Source: Corallococcus sp. EGB
GTDB taxonomy: Bacteria; Myxococcota; Myxococcia; Myxococcales; Myxococcaceae
Direction: 5' to 3'
DNA: 64,000 nucleotides
Assembly: GCF_019968905.1 (NCBI RefSeq)
Contig: NZ_CP079946.1
Location: 5,793,356 to 5,857,355, forward strand
Positions 18,660 through 28,237 of this stretch are shown here, in pieces (position 1 is the stretch's first letter; each line of letters starts with the position of its first letter). Under the pieces are notes generated by a model. It was not told the DNA's origin and made no database searches. It saw only the letters and a list, made by a program, of their open reading frames with translations. The position numbers were made by a program, and so were the translations under genes.

Positions 18660-21344
18660 TCACCGGGCGCGAAGGAATGCCTTCACGCTCGGGGACTGGA
18701 CCTTCTGGGACTCGATGCACAGCCGGATGGATTCCAGGGCCCGGGCCAGCGCGCGCGGTCCTCCCTCGATGTTGCCCACGCGGGGCGTGAGGAAGGTCTC
18801 CACCTGCGCCAGCCCGCTGTCGTCGCAGAGGTTCCCTGTCTCGCCAATCAACCGGCCCAGGTCATCCGAGCGCAGCCGCTGGGTCAGCGCGTCGAAGTGC
18901 GTCTGGTAGAAGTTCCACGCCTGCGCCTGCAACTCCGGTGACATCAGCGCCAGCCTGAGGATGATCAGCGTGTCCCGCACATCGAAGTCCGGGGACACCA
19001 CCAGCCCCAGCGCCCGGCTCATCTGGTCCGGGTTCCGGAAGTACGCCAGGGAGGTCAGAAGCCGGGTACGCTCGGTACGGTCCTGATCCTTCTTCGCCGC
19101 CTCCAGCAGCGCGTCGAAGAGCGCCGCATCACCATGCGTCGCCGCCCGGGTCAGCGCGCTGCTGAACGCCTCCGGATCCACCGACTTCCGGTCCGCCAGC
19201 CACGCACGCACCAGGGGCAGCGCTTCCTTCGCCACCCGCGGATCATCCCCCAGGCCGCCGGCCAGCCGGAGGAGCAGCGAGCGCAACTCCTTCACTGAGT
19301 CGTCCTCGCCCGGCGTCGGCACCCAGCCCATGGCCCGTGCGCGCGCGGAGTAGAGCGACGCCACCCACGCACGGAAGCGCTGCCGCTCCTCCGCCGTGAG
19401 CTGATCCACGCGCACCCGCATGAGCAGCAAGGCACCACTTTGCACCACCAGGCGGTTCGTCGACTTCGCGGAGGCAGGCACCGCCTTCAGCGCCTCGCCC
19501 AGCGGCAGGTCGCCTCGCGTCACCGCCGCGTCCACGTCGCCCCAGAGCGCCACCTGCTCCGCGGGGGTGAAGGCGGCGGCCGGAGTCGCGAGCAGCTTCG
19601 TCAACTGCTCACGGGTGTAGCCGCCCCGGTAGTACCCCGTGCCGCCCGCGTTGAGCAGCACCCACGCAGGGCACTGCTTCACGGGCAGAGCCACCTCCGC
19701 GGAAGGCCCCTGCAACATCGAGCACACCTTCGACGACTGCGTGCCCGTCCCCACGCGCAGGCACACCGGCACCTGCCATTCCTGCCGCGCGTCCGCCTTC
19801 GAGCCCACGGGCAGGTAGCGCTCCTGCGACAGCTTCACCGACGGGGCAGCGCCCGCCGGGCACGACAGCTTTGCGGTGATCCGCGGCGCTCCACTGTGCT
19901 CGATGAACCCGCCAAACGACTTCGCCACCTCCGGCCCCGCCGCCTGGGCCAGGTCCGTGAGGAAGTCCTCCATTGTCGCGACCTGCCATGCGTGCTTGCG
20001 GACATAGCCCCGGAGGAAGTCGCGGAAGCGCTCCGGCCCCAGCCACGCCTCGTACATGGCGATGACGGACGAGCCCTTGTCATACGTCGTCCCGTTGTCG
20101 AACGAGCCGACGATGTCGTCGTTGCTCGCCACCGGCTTGCGCACGGGCAGCGCCGCCGCCAGCTCATCCGAGGCCAGCGCGGAACGGATCGCGGACATCG
20201 CGCGCTCCTGCTGGAAGTCCCAGGACGGCTCCAGCCGGTCCACCGTCTGACGGTCCAGCCAAGCGGTGAAGGATTCATTCAGCCAGATGTCGTTCCACCA
20301 CGAACAGGTGACGACGTCGCCGAACCAGTAGTGCCCCAGCTCATGGTTGGCGATGACCGTGTAGGAGCGGCGGCGGGCCAGCGTCTCCTCGCCCGGCGGA
20401 ATGAGCGTGAGCGGCTGCCCGAGTGCGACGATGCCCGGGTGCTCCATGGTGCCCCAGTACCGGGGGACCACCGCCACGTCGAGCTTCTCGTAGGGGTACG
20501 CCTGGTCGAAGAAGTCCTCCAATCCCTTGATGATGCGCGGCGTGACGCTCGCGGCGTAGCGCGTCTCGGCGCCCCGCCCCTTGGGCACGATGAAGTGCAG
20601 CGGCACGTTCGTGCGTCCCACGGCGCCCGCGTCCACCACGTCGAACGGCCCCACCATGAAGGCCACGAGGTAGCTGGGCATCGGCTGGCTCTCCGCGAAG
20701 GTGACGCGCTCCAGGCCGTCCGCCAGCGGCTCGCGCGACACGACGGGGTGGTTGGCCAGCGCCACATGCCCCGCCTTCACGGTGAAGCGCAGGCGCCACG
20801 GCACCTTGAAGGACGGCTCGTCGAAGCACGGGAAGGCACGGCGCGCGTCGATGGGCTCGAAGAATGTGTAGAGGTAGGACTCACCGCCCTCCTCCACCCC
20901 GTAGATGCCCTGGCTACGCTCGCGGTCCACCTTGCCGGTGAAGTCCAGCAACAGCCGGGCCTTCCCCACGGGCAGTTCCTCTGGCAACAGCAAGCCCAGA
21001 CGCCCCTCCGTCGCGGTGACAGGCTTCGCGTCGAAGGTGCGGTCCCCCACCGCGACGCGCGCTCGCGTCACCTCCAGGTCCTGCCCGTGCAGCCACACCT
21101 GGCGCACCGGCTCGCGGACCTCCACGTCGATGGTGACGCTGCCCGGGTACGTGGCCTCCGTAGGCACGAGCTTCAGGTCCAGCGCGTAGTGCACCGGCCG
21201 CACGGTGTCCGGAAGCCGCAGCGCGGGAGGCAGTGCGTCTGGCCAGGCGACCGCGGGAGGCGCGGAGGCAGGTGGCGCGGCCTCCGGCGCGTGGGCACAG
21301 CGGACGGTCAACACCACCAGGACGAGGAGTGGGAGCAGTCGCAT
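18660..21344 (-). CDS. M1-family aminopeptidase (aminopeptidase N-like), secreted
   Basis: Signal peptide; GTMEHPG exopeptidase motif and HELGHYWFG...(E) zinc-binding HEXXH-18-E motif. Confidence 0.9.
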   Translation of the reverse strand: MRLLPLLVLVVLTVRCAHAPEAAPPASAPPAVAWPDALPPALRLPDTVRPVHYALDLKLVPTEATYPGSVTIDVEVREPVRQVWLHGQDLEVTRARVAVGDRTFDAKPVTATEGRLGLLLPEELPVGKARLLLDFTGKVDRERSQGIYGVEEGGESYLYTFFEPIDARRAFPCFDEPSFKVPWRLRFTVKAGHVALANHPVVSREPLADGLERVTFAESQPMPSYLVAFMVGPFDVVDAGAVGRTNVPLHFIVPKGRGAETRYAASVTPRIIKGLEDFFDQAYPYEKLDVAVVPRYWGTMEHPGIVALGQPLTLIPPGEETLARRRSYTVIANHELGHYWFGDVVTCSWWNDIWLNESFTAWLDRQTVDRLEPSWDFQQERAMSAIRSALASDELAAALPVRKPVASNDDIVGSFDNGTTYDKGSSVIAMYEAWLGPERFRDFLRGYVRKHAWQVATMEDFLTDLAQAAGPEVAKSFGGFIEHSGAPRITAKLSCPAGAAPSVKLSQERYLPVGSKADARQEWQVPVCLRVGTGTQSSKVCSMLQGPSAEVALPVKQCPAWVLLNAGGTGYYRGGYTREQLTKLLATPAAAFTPAEQVALWGDVDAAVTRGDLPLGEALKAVPASAKSTNRLVVQSGALLLMRVRVDQLTAEERQRFRAWVASLYSARARAMGWVPTPGEDDSVKELRSLLLRLAGGLGDDPRVAKEALPLVRAWLADRKSVDPEAFSSALTRAATHGDAALFDALLEAAKKDQDRTERTRLLTSLAYFRNPDQMSRALGLVVSPDFDVRDTLIILRLALMSPELQAQAWNFYQTHFDALTQRLRSDDLGRLIGETGNLCDDSGLAQVETFLTPRVGNIEGGPRALARALESIRLCIESQKVQSPSVKAFLRAR

Positions 21345-21497
21345 GGGACCGCACCCTAGATCAGCATCCCCCTCCGGTCTTCACACGCGGGGTGCCCCCC
21401 TGCGGACACCCGCGCCACGGCAGTCCGGACGATGCGTGAGTTCCAGGGAGCCGCTACGGTCGTGTTTCCCCCGCTTCAACAAGAACCAAGGAAAAGC

Positions 21498-21851
21498 ATG
21501 TCTCATCGCAGCAGCGGACTCCCCACCCTCTTCGTGTCCCTGCTCCTTGCCGTGGGCTTCGCGTCGTCCGCCAGCGCGGACACCTACCAGACCTATGTGA
21601 CGCCCATGGTCAATGGCTATCAGGTTGGCACCATCCGCCCCAATCAGCCCACGGGGACCTTCAGCGGCGCCGCCGACACCGCCCGCCGCTTCTGTCAGGA
21701 CCGGGGCCACAGCGGCGCGCAAAGCTACACGACCGCCATCCGAGGGTCCGCGTATACATACATCGTGGGAACGAATGGCGTCGGTGCGTGGAACACCACC
21801 GGCAACGCCAACGTGACGATGCTGGAGACGCTTACCTGCATCACGCAGTAA
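21498..21851 (+). CDS. Small secreted hypothetical protein
   Basis: Signal peptide MSHRSSGLPTLFVSLLLAVGFASSASA; 117 aa; no known motif. Confidence 0.5.
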   Translation: MSHRSSGLPTLFVSLLLAVGFASSASADTYQTYVTPMVNGYQVGTIRPNQPTGTFSGAADTARRFCQDRGHSGAQSYTTAIRGSAYTYIVGTNGVGAWNTTGNANVTMLETLTCITQ

Positions 21852-21941
21852 CCGACAGTCCGGGCCGGGGCCCTCGCGGCCCCAGGCGCCCCCGCTGTCT
21901 TCCAGATGCACGCGGCGAGGGACTGGGCCAGGATGCGGCCC

Positions 21942-22763
21942 ATGTCCAACCTCCAAGGCAAGACCCTCTTCATCACCGGCGCCAGCCGTGGCATCGGCAA
22001 GGCCATCGCGCTGCGCGCGGCCCGCGACGGCGCCAACATCGTCATCGCCGCCAAGACGACGGACCCGCACCCCAAGCTGCCCGGGACCATCTACACGGCG
22101 GCGAAGGAGATTGAAGAGGCCGGCGGCAAGGCCCTCCCCTGCATGGTGGACATCCGCGACGAGGCGCAGATCCACGCCGCCGTCGCCAAGGCCGTGGAGA
22201 CCTTCGGCGGCATCGACATCCTGGTGAACAACGCCAGCGCCATCAGCCTCACCGGCACCCTGGACACGCCGCTCAAGCGCTTCGACCTGATGCACGGCAT
22301 CAACACGCGCGGCACCTTCGCGTGCTCGCAGGCGTGCATCCCATACCTCAAGAAGTCGTCCAACCCGCACATCCTCAACAACTCGCCGCCGCTCAACATG
22401 GAGCCGCGCTGGTTCGGTCCGCACGTGGCCTACACCATCGCGAAGTACGGCATGAGCCTGTGCGCGCTGGGCATGGCGGAGGAGCTCAAGGATGACGGCA
22501 TCGCCGTCAACACGCTGTGGCCCCGGACCGTCATCGCCACCGCCGCCGTGCAGAACCTGCTGGGCGGCGACGACACCATCAAGGGCAGCCGCAAGCCGGA
22601 GATCATGGCGGACGCCGCCTACGCCATCCTCACGAAGCCCAGCCGCTCCTTCACCGGGAACTTCTGCATCGACGAGGAAGTGCTGCGCGCCGCGGGCGTC
22701 ACGAACTTCGATGCGTACCAGTCCGTCCCCGGCGCGGAGCTGTTGCCCGACTTCTTCCTCTAG
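21942..22763 (+). CDS. SDR-family oxidoreductase (HSDL2-like)
   Basis: TGASRGIGKAIA (TGxxxGIG), NNAS, YTIAKYG (YxxxK). Confidence 0.85.
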   Translation: MSNLQGKTLFITGASRGIGKAIALRAARDGANIVIAAKTTDPHPKLPGTIYTAAKEIEEAGGKALPCMVDIRDEAQIHAAVAKAVETFGGIDILVNNASAISLTGTLDTPLKRFDLMHGINTRGTFACSQACIPYLKKSSNPHILNNSPPLNMEPRWFGPHVAYTIAKYGMSLCALGMAEELKDDGIAVNTLWPRTVIATAAVQNLLGGDDTIKGSRKPEIMADAAYAILTKPSRSFTGNFCIDEEVLRAAGVTNFDAYQSVPGAELLPDFFL

Positions 22764-22778
22764 CGCGCCCCAGGCCCC

Positions 22779-23699
22779 ATGCCCCCGCGCAAGCTCCAGC
22801 GACACCTGGTCTGGCTCGAGTCCTTCACCGCCGCCGTGGAGGCCGGCAGCATCGAGGCCGCCGCCGACCATCTGGGCGTCGCCCGCTCCGTAGTGAGCGA
22901 GCACATCCGCGCCCTGGAGGAAGCGCTCGCGGATGGCGCCGCCCTGCTGGAGCGCGGGCCGGGCCGGCGCCTGCAATTGTCCGCGCGCGGGGAGCGCCTC
23001 TACGCGGGCACCCAGACGCCGCTGCACCAGCTGGACATGAAGCGGCTGATGGACCTGGCCCGCGTGGAGCCCACGCTGCGCCTGGGCCTCAACCCCACGC
23101 TCTCCATGTCGCTGCTGGGCGGCATCGCTCAGGATGCCGCCGCCACCGACCTCAAGCTGGTGGTGGGCTTCGGCGGCTCGCATGAGCTCATGCGGCAGGT
23201 GCAGACCCGGCAGCAGGACCTGGTGCTCGACTTCACGCCCCTGCCCCCGCACGAGGGCGTGGACACCGAGTCCCTCTTGCGCATGCCGTTCGTGGTGCTC
23301 GCGGGCCCGGACTCCGCGCTCGCCCGCAAGCACCCGTCCCGCCGCGCCCTGGACGTGAAGGACCTCCAGGGACAGCGCTTCGTGGACTGGCTGCGCGACG
23401 ACCCCTACGGCGGCGCCAACAGCGCGCGCTTCGCCGCGCACGGCGTGTCCGTCACCGAGGTCGGCCGCGTGGAGAGCTTCCTCCACCTCTTCGAGCTGCT
23501 GCGCGCCTACCGGGCCTGCGCCATCGCCCCGGACGTGCGCCCCACCCAGCCGTTCCCCTCGGACCTGCACGTCTGGCCCCTCCGCGAGCAAGAGCCCCAG
23601 GTCGTGGAGGTCGTGGCCCTCTGGCCCTCCGGCGGTCTCAGCCCCGCGGTCCAATCCATCCTCGACGGGGTGCGTCGTCGACTGGCCAAACGGCGATAA
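22779..23699 (+). CDS. LysR-family transcriptional regulator
   Basis: N-terminal HTH (LESFTAAVEAGSIEAAADHLGVARSVVSEHIRALE) + LysR substrate-binding domain. Confidence 0.85.
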   Translation: MPPRKLQRHLVWLESFTAAVEAGSIEAAADHLGVARSVVSEHIRALEEALADGAALLERGPGRRLQLSARGERLYAGTQTPLHQLDMKRLMDLARVEPTLRLGLNPTLSMSLLGGIAQDAAATDLKLVVGFGGSHELMRQVQTRQQDLVLDFTPLPPHEGVDTESLLRMPFVVLAGPDSALARKHPSRRALDVKDLQGQRFVDWLRDDPYGGANSARFAAHGVSVTEVGRVESFLHLFELLRAYRACAIAPDVRPTQPFPSDLHVWPLREQEPQVVEVVALWPSGGLSPAVQSILDGVRRRLAKRR

Positions 23700-23792
23700 T
23701 CCGACGAAGACGTCGAATTCTGCCGGATTTCCGTCTTGCAGTGCCATGCGTATTCTTCAGGGGTCCTGTTTCTTCTCAAGGAGCCGCCTGCG

Positions 23793-25388
23793 ATGACGCC
23801 CACGGAAAGGACCCTTGCCCGCCTCCCGGCCCACCTGCGCCGCTACGTGGTGACCCAGGACTACGCGGCGTACACGCCTCGGGATCAGGCGGTCTGGCGT
23901 CACATCCTGGGCCAGCTGCGCGAGCACCTGCGCGACAAGGCGCACCCCGTCTACCTGGAGGGCCTGGAGGCCACGGGCATTGGCGCGGAGGCCATCCCCA
24001 GCCTGGACGAGATGAACGAGAAGCTGTCCAAGCTGGGCTGGGCCTGCGTGGCGGTGCGCGGCTTCATCCCGCCCGCCGTCTTCACGGAGTTGCAGGCGCT
24101 GGGCGTGCTGGCCATCGCGGCGGACATCCGCACGCACGAGCACATCCAGTACACGCCCGCGCCGGACATCGTCCATGAGAGCGCGGGCCACGCGCCCATC
24201 ATCGCGAACGCGCGCTACGCGCAGTACCTCAAGGCCGTGGGGCTGGTGGGGTTCAAGGCCATCGCCAGCGTGGAGGACCAGGCCGTCTTCGAGGCCATCC
24301 GCAACCTCTCCGTGGTGAAGGAGGACCCCACCGCCACGGAAGAAGAGATCGCCCACGCCCAGGCCCGCCTGGAGGCCGCCAACGCCAGCCACCGCTACGT
24401 CAGCGAGAGCACCCGCGCGAGCCGCCTGTACTGGTGGACCGCGGAGTACGGCCTGATTGGGGACCTGCGCCACCCGCGCATCTACGGCGCCGGCCTGCTG
24501 TCCAGCATCGGCGAGGCGAAGCACTGCCTGACGTCCGCCGTGCACAAGCTGCCCCTGGGCGTGGCGTGCGCGGACACGGACTATGACATCACCCGCATGC
24601 AGCCGCAGCTCTTCGTGGCGCGCGACTTTGAGCACCTCTTCGAGGTGCTCGCGGAGTTCGAGGCCACGCTCGCGTGGAAGCGCGGCGGGGACCATGGCCT
24701 GAACGAGGCGCTGCGCGCGCACACGGTGAACCACCTGGTGCTCGCGGACGGCCGCGAGGTGACGGGCAAGGTGGTGGAGCTGCTGCCGGCCGGCAAGGAC
24801 GTGTCCCCGGGCCTGTCCACCGCGCTGGCCCGGCTGGAGGGCCCCATCCTCACGTCGCTGAAGGGGCAGGCCGTGGACAAGCCGTTCAGCGGCGCGGCGC
24901 TGGTCGCCTTTGGCCAGGGCCGCCTGCCGGAGCGCGGGGCCTTCAAGCTCGCGCTCGACAGCGGGCTGGTGCTGGAGGGCTTCGCGGTGGGCGGCGGCGA
25001 GGTGATTGCCCTCTCCGGCACGCTGGCCGGCCGCGAGCTCACCCTGCCGTCCATGGCGCGCCTGTACCTGACGGACCGGCTGCCGTCCGTGGCGGGCGGG
25101 CCCGCCGACCCGGGCACGTGGGACGAGTGGTTTGGCGAGATGGACGCCTTCACCGCGGGCGACGGCGAGGCCCAGGCCCGCGAGCGCAAGGCGCAGGCCC
25201 TGCCCCCGTCGCTGGCCGCCCTCTACACGGAGGTGCGCCGCATCCGCGAGACGGGGCAGCTGGCCCCCGAGCGGCTGGAGCAGATCGCCCAGGCGACCTC
25301 GGCGTTCCCCTCCGACTGGCTGCTGCGCGCGGAGGTCGCGGAGCTGCGCGGCGAGGTGCCCGCCCGGCGCGACGCGGCGAGCGCGTAG
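23793..25388 (+). CDS. Biopterin-dependent aromatic amino-acid hydroxylase-like protein (PAH-like) with ~250-aa C-terminal extension
   Basis: Iron-binding region resembling PAH: PDIVHESAGHAPIIANARYAQYLKAVG ... AEYGLIG; protein is 531 aa whereas bacterial PAH is ~270-300 aa. Confidence 0.7.
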   Translation: MTPTERTLARLPAHLRRYVVTQDYAAYTPRDQAVWRHILGQLREHLRDKAHPVYLEGLEATGIGAEAIPSLDEMNEKLSKLGWACVAVRGFIPPAVFTELQALGVLAIAADIRTHEHIQYTPAPDIVHESAGHAPIIANARYAQYLKAVGLVGFKAIASVEDQAVFEAIRNLSVVKEDPTATEEEIAHAQARLEAANASHRYVSESTRASRLYWWTAEYGLIGDLRHPRIYGAGLLSSIGEAKHCLTSAVHKLPLGVACADTDYDITRMQPQLFVARDFEHLFEVLAEFEATLAWKRGGDHGLNEALRAHTVNHLVLADGREVTGKVVELLPAGKDVSPGLSTALARLEGPILTSLKGQAVDKPFSGAALVAFGQGRLPERGAFKLALDSGLVLEGFAVGGGEVIALSGTLAGRELTLPSMARLYLTDRLPSVAGGPADPGTWDEWFGEMDAFTAGDGEAQARERKAQALPPSLAALYTEVRRIRETGQLAPERLEQIAQATSAFPSDWLLRAEVAELRGEVPARRDAASA

Positions 25389-25479
25389 AAAAGACAGACA
25401 GCGGACGTGACACGGCCCGGTCGACCTTTTCACGAGGCCACCGGGCCGAATCACTTGCAGGGGCTCTCTCCGCCAGGGG

Positions 25480-27024
25480 CTACTTGTTGATGCGCACCAT
25501 GGCCACGTCGTAGTGGCGGTCCGTCACGTAGCCGTTCGCGGCCTTGCCGGGGCGGTACATGTTCCCGGTCTTGTCATCCACGTAGAAGCGGTTGTTCGGG
25601 TTCGTGTCCTTGCCCTTGCTGGCGTTGGTCGTGCCCGGGTCGTGGAACGTGTAGTAGGTGCGGCCCTTCCCGTCGACGCCGCGGCCCGTGATGGTCACGA
25701 AGTGGTCCGTGAGGCCATCCACGTTGTAGTTCGAGTCCTTGTGGCTGACGCCCACGACCACGGGCTTGCCGGCCTCCAGCTGCTGGTCGATGTACTTGCG
25801 GCCCTCGGCGGCCTTCTTCGAATCCACCTTCAGCGCGCCGATGCTGTTCTCGCTCTTGCCCACCTGGATGCGGCGGTCCGGGCCCAGCACCGTCGCGCCC
25901 GAGTCACGCGCCATGGCCGTCGCGGCCTTGAAGCACGCGGTGTCGCTCGCGGTGTAGCCGTGGCCGTTCTCGAACTGGCTGTAGTACGGCACCTTCACGT
26001 GCACCGCCGGACGGTCCTTGGCACCGGCCACCTGCTGCGTGTCCGTGCGGTCCGCCTCGGTGGTGGGCCTGCCGCTGTGCGTGCCCTCCGCGCGGCCCGG
26101 CTTCGAGTCGCCGCTCACCGACGGAGGAACCACGCCCGTGTTGGCGTTGGCCGGCCTCGCCGGGGTGCCCGACTGCTCCTTCTTGAGCATGGCGAGCGCG
26201 TCCTTCACCTCCGACCTGAAGCGGTTCGCCACGCCCTTCTGCACGTCCTTGGAGCTGCCGGAGAAGTGCACCAAGGTGCCGCTGGCGTTGGTGCGGCCGC
26301 GCTCGGCGTAGATGTCCTTGATGAGCTGCTCGTCGCTCACCTTCGAGGGATCGCGGCCGGCCAGCGCCTTCTTGAAGATGTCGTCCGCCTTGCCCGGGCC
26401 GTGCTGCACGGAGGTGGACCAGGCCACGTCCCGCAGCGCCGCGGAGCGCTGGTCCAGGTCGATGCCCGTCGCCTTCTTGATGTTGGCGGCGCCCACGTCG
26501 TAGTGCGTGGCCTTGATGTAGTCGTGCTGCGCCTTGTCGAAGCCCTTCGGGTCCTTCGCCGCCAGCTGCTTCCACCGGGCGGAGAACTCCGCGGTGCCCG
26601 GCTTGCTGCCCGACAGCGCCTTGTAAGAGTCCGGGTTCGTCTTCTTCAGCGAGTTGACGAAGGACTGCGCGGATCCGTTCGCGGAAGCGAACTGGTAGGA
26701 GCCATAGGACACGCCGCCCTTGTCGCCCTTGCCCGTGGACACCGTGCCCGGGCCGCGCGCCTCGTACTTGCGGCTCAGGCCGCCCAGCTCGCCGTGGGCC
26801 GCGCTGGTGGAGGACGTGCTCGAGGCCTGCTTCGTCTGCTGCGCACCCTGCGTGTCGAAACCGTCACGAACCTTGAGGGACTGGCCCGCCTGGATCCTGT
26901 TCGGATCCTTGATGTGGTTCGCCTTGGCCAGCGAGTCGACGGAGGTGTGGTAGCGCTTCGCGAGACCCGAGAGCGTGTCGCCCGAACGGACGCGGATGTT
27001 GGTGTCAGTCATGGAGGATTCCAC
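25480..27024 (-). CDS. LysM-domain protein with central unknown domain and C-terminal C39-like/papain-like cysteine peptidase domain; no signal peptide
   Basis: LysM: [43 protein letters not shown]; C-term [28 protein letters not shown] resembles Peptidase_C39-like (YSQ...C). Confidence 0.65.
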   Translation of the reverse strand: MESSMTDTNIRVRSGDTLSGLAKRYHTSVDSLAKANHIKDPNRIQAGQSLKVRDGFDTQGAQQTKQASSTSSTSAAHGELGGLSRKYEARGPGTVSTGKGDKGGVSYGSYQFASANGSAQSFVNSLKKTNPDSYKALSGSKPGTAEFSARWKQLAAKDPKGFDKAQHDYIKATHYDVGAANIKKATGIDLDQRSAALRDVAWSTSVQHGPGKADDIFKKALAGRDPSKVSDEQLIKDIYAERGRTNASGTLVHFSGSSKDVQKGVANRFRSEVKDALAMLKKEQSGTPARPANANTGVVPPSVSGDSKPGRAEGTHSGRPTTEADRTDTQQVAGAKDRPAVHVKVPYYSQFENGHGYTASDTACFKAATAMARDSGATVLGPDRRIQVGKSENSIGALKVDSKKAAEGRKYIDQQLEAGKPVVVGVSHKDSNYNVDGLTDHFVTITGRGVDGKGRTYYTFHDPGTTNASKGKDTNPNNRFYVDDKTGNMYRPGKAANGYVTDRHYDVAMVRINK

Positions 27025-27205
27025 TCATGTCAGGCCGCGAACACAGCCGCCGCGGACGTGCTTGGATTGCCCGCATTATCGAAAGGCAATGCGACGGGTT
27101 TCGCATTCTCAGTCACAAGCATGTGAAACCGGCGATTCCAGCCGATTCAGCTTCAGCGAACTGATCCGCCGAGACTGAATAGCGAACTCAAGGGAGTCCA
27201 ATCAG

Positions 27206-28237
27206 ATGTCCATGGTCAATCTGAACTTCAAAGGCATGACGTTGCTGTTTGCCATTTGTGTCACGGCTGCGGTCCCGGACGCCTCGGCCCAGGGGAGCGA
27301 GGGCCTCACGGGGGTCTATTCGAACAAGAGCGGGCGGCTGGCCATCGTCGAGGGAAGCAACGAGACGCTCGTGCACTACTCCGGGTCGTTCCCGCAGGGC
27401 AGCAGCGCGGGCACCTGTGATTGCGCCCTGGTCGTGCAGAAGAAGACAGCCACGAATTGGTCACTTCACCAGGCGGGCGAGGAAGACCGCTGGACGCTAC
27501 GCGTCAATCCCAGGCAACTGACATTGGAGACGGGTTCACCCACTTGTTGCGAAGCGGGCTATTCCGGCCGGGATACCTTCGCGCGCAGCACCGTCAAGCC
27601 GCTGGGCATCTGCAAGGTGAAGGTGTCCAGGGCGGGGTTCCACGCGTCGGACGCGGCCAACACGCCGCGCAAGGCGTTCGTGGTGTCCGGCGATGCGGTG
27701 GAGGCCTATGTCGACCCGGTGGAGCCGGACTTCCTGGCCGCCCGCTTCCAGGGGCCCCAGAAGGCGACGGCGGGGCTGATCAAGCGCGAGGACCTGGACT
27801 GCCCCACGGAAGGAGCCCCCGCGGCTGCCCCGGCCCCGGTGCCCGCGGCCAGGCTCCAGCCCTTCGCGGGGACGTGGGTGGAGCTGACGCGGCAGGGCAA
27901 GGGCTTCGTGGTGCTCAAGCCCTGTTCCGCCGAGACGCGCAGCTTCACCATCAAGCCCGCGACGGGTGAAATGGACGTGCAGTTGGGCCAGGAGGCCACG
28001 ACGTTGAAGGTGACGTCCGTGGAGCCCGGCAAGGGCGCCGGGGCCTGGGTGCTGGGGCTCACGGCCGCGGACGGCAAGCCGGAGGCGCTCCAGTGGAAGA
28101 CGGCCGACGCCGCGAAGGGCACCGTGACCGTGAACAGCCCGGACCTCTTCTCCCAGAGCCACGACTACGTGCGCCAGGAGAAGAAGTCCGCCTTCCCGTC
28201 CAAGCAGGAGACAGGCTGCGACGAATACGAGCGCTAG
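27206..28237 (+). CDS. Secreted hypothetical protein
   Basis: Signal peptide MSMVNLNFKGMTLLFAICVTAAVPDASAQ; paired cysteines; atypically low-GC 5' end. Confidence 0.6.
   Translation: MSMVNLNFKGMTLLFAICVTAAVPDASAQGSEGLTGVYSNKSGRLAIVEGSNETLVHYSGSFPQGSSAGTCDCALVVQKKTATNWSLHQAGEEDRWTLRVNPRQLTLETGSPTCCEAGYSGRDTFARSTVKPLGICKVKVSRAGFHASDAANTPRKAFVVSGDAVEAYVDPVEPDFLAARFQGPQKATAGLIKREDLDCPTEGAPAAAPAPVPAARLQPFAGTWVELTRQGKGFVVLKPCSAETRSFTIKPATGEMDVQLGQEATTLKVTSVEPGKGAGAWVLGLTAADGKPEALQWKTADAAKGTVTVNSPDLFSQSHDYVRQEKKSAFPSKQETGCDEYER

Noticed and set aside
23757-25454. 565-aa minus-strand ORF antisense to the PAH-like gene
   Set aside because: Antisense high-GC artefact; sense strand encodes conserved hydroxylase motifs
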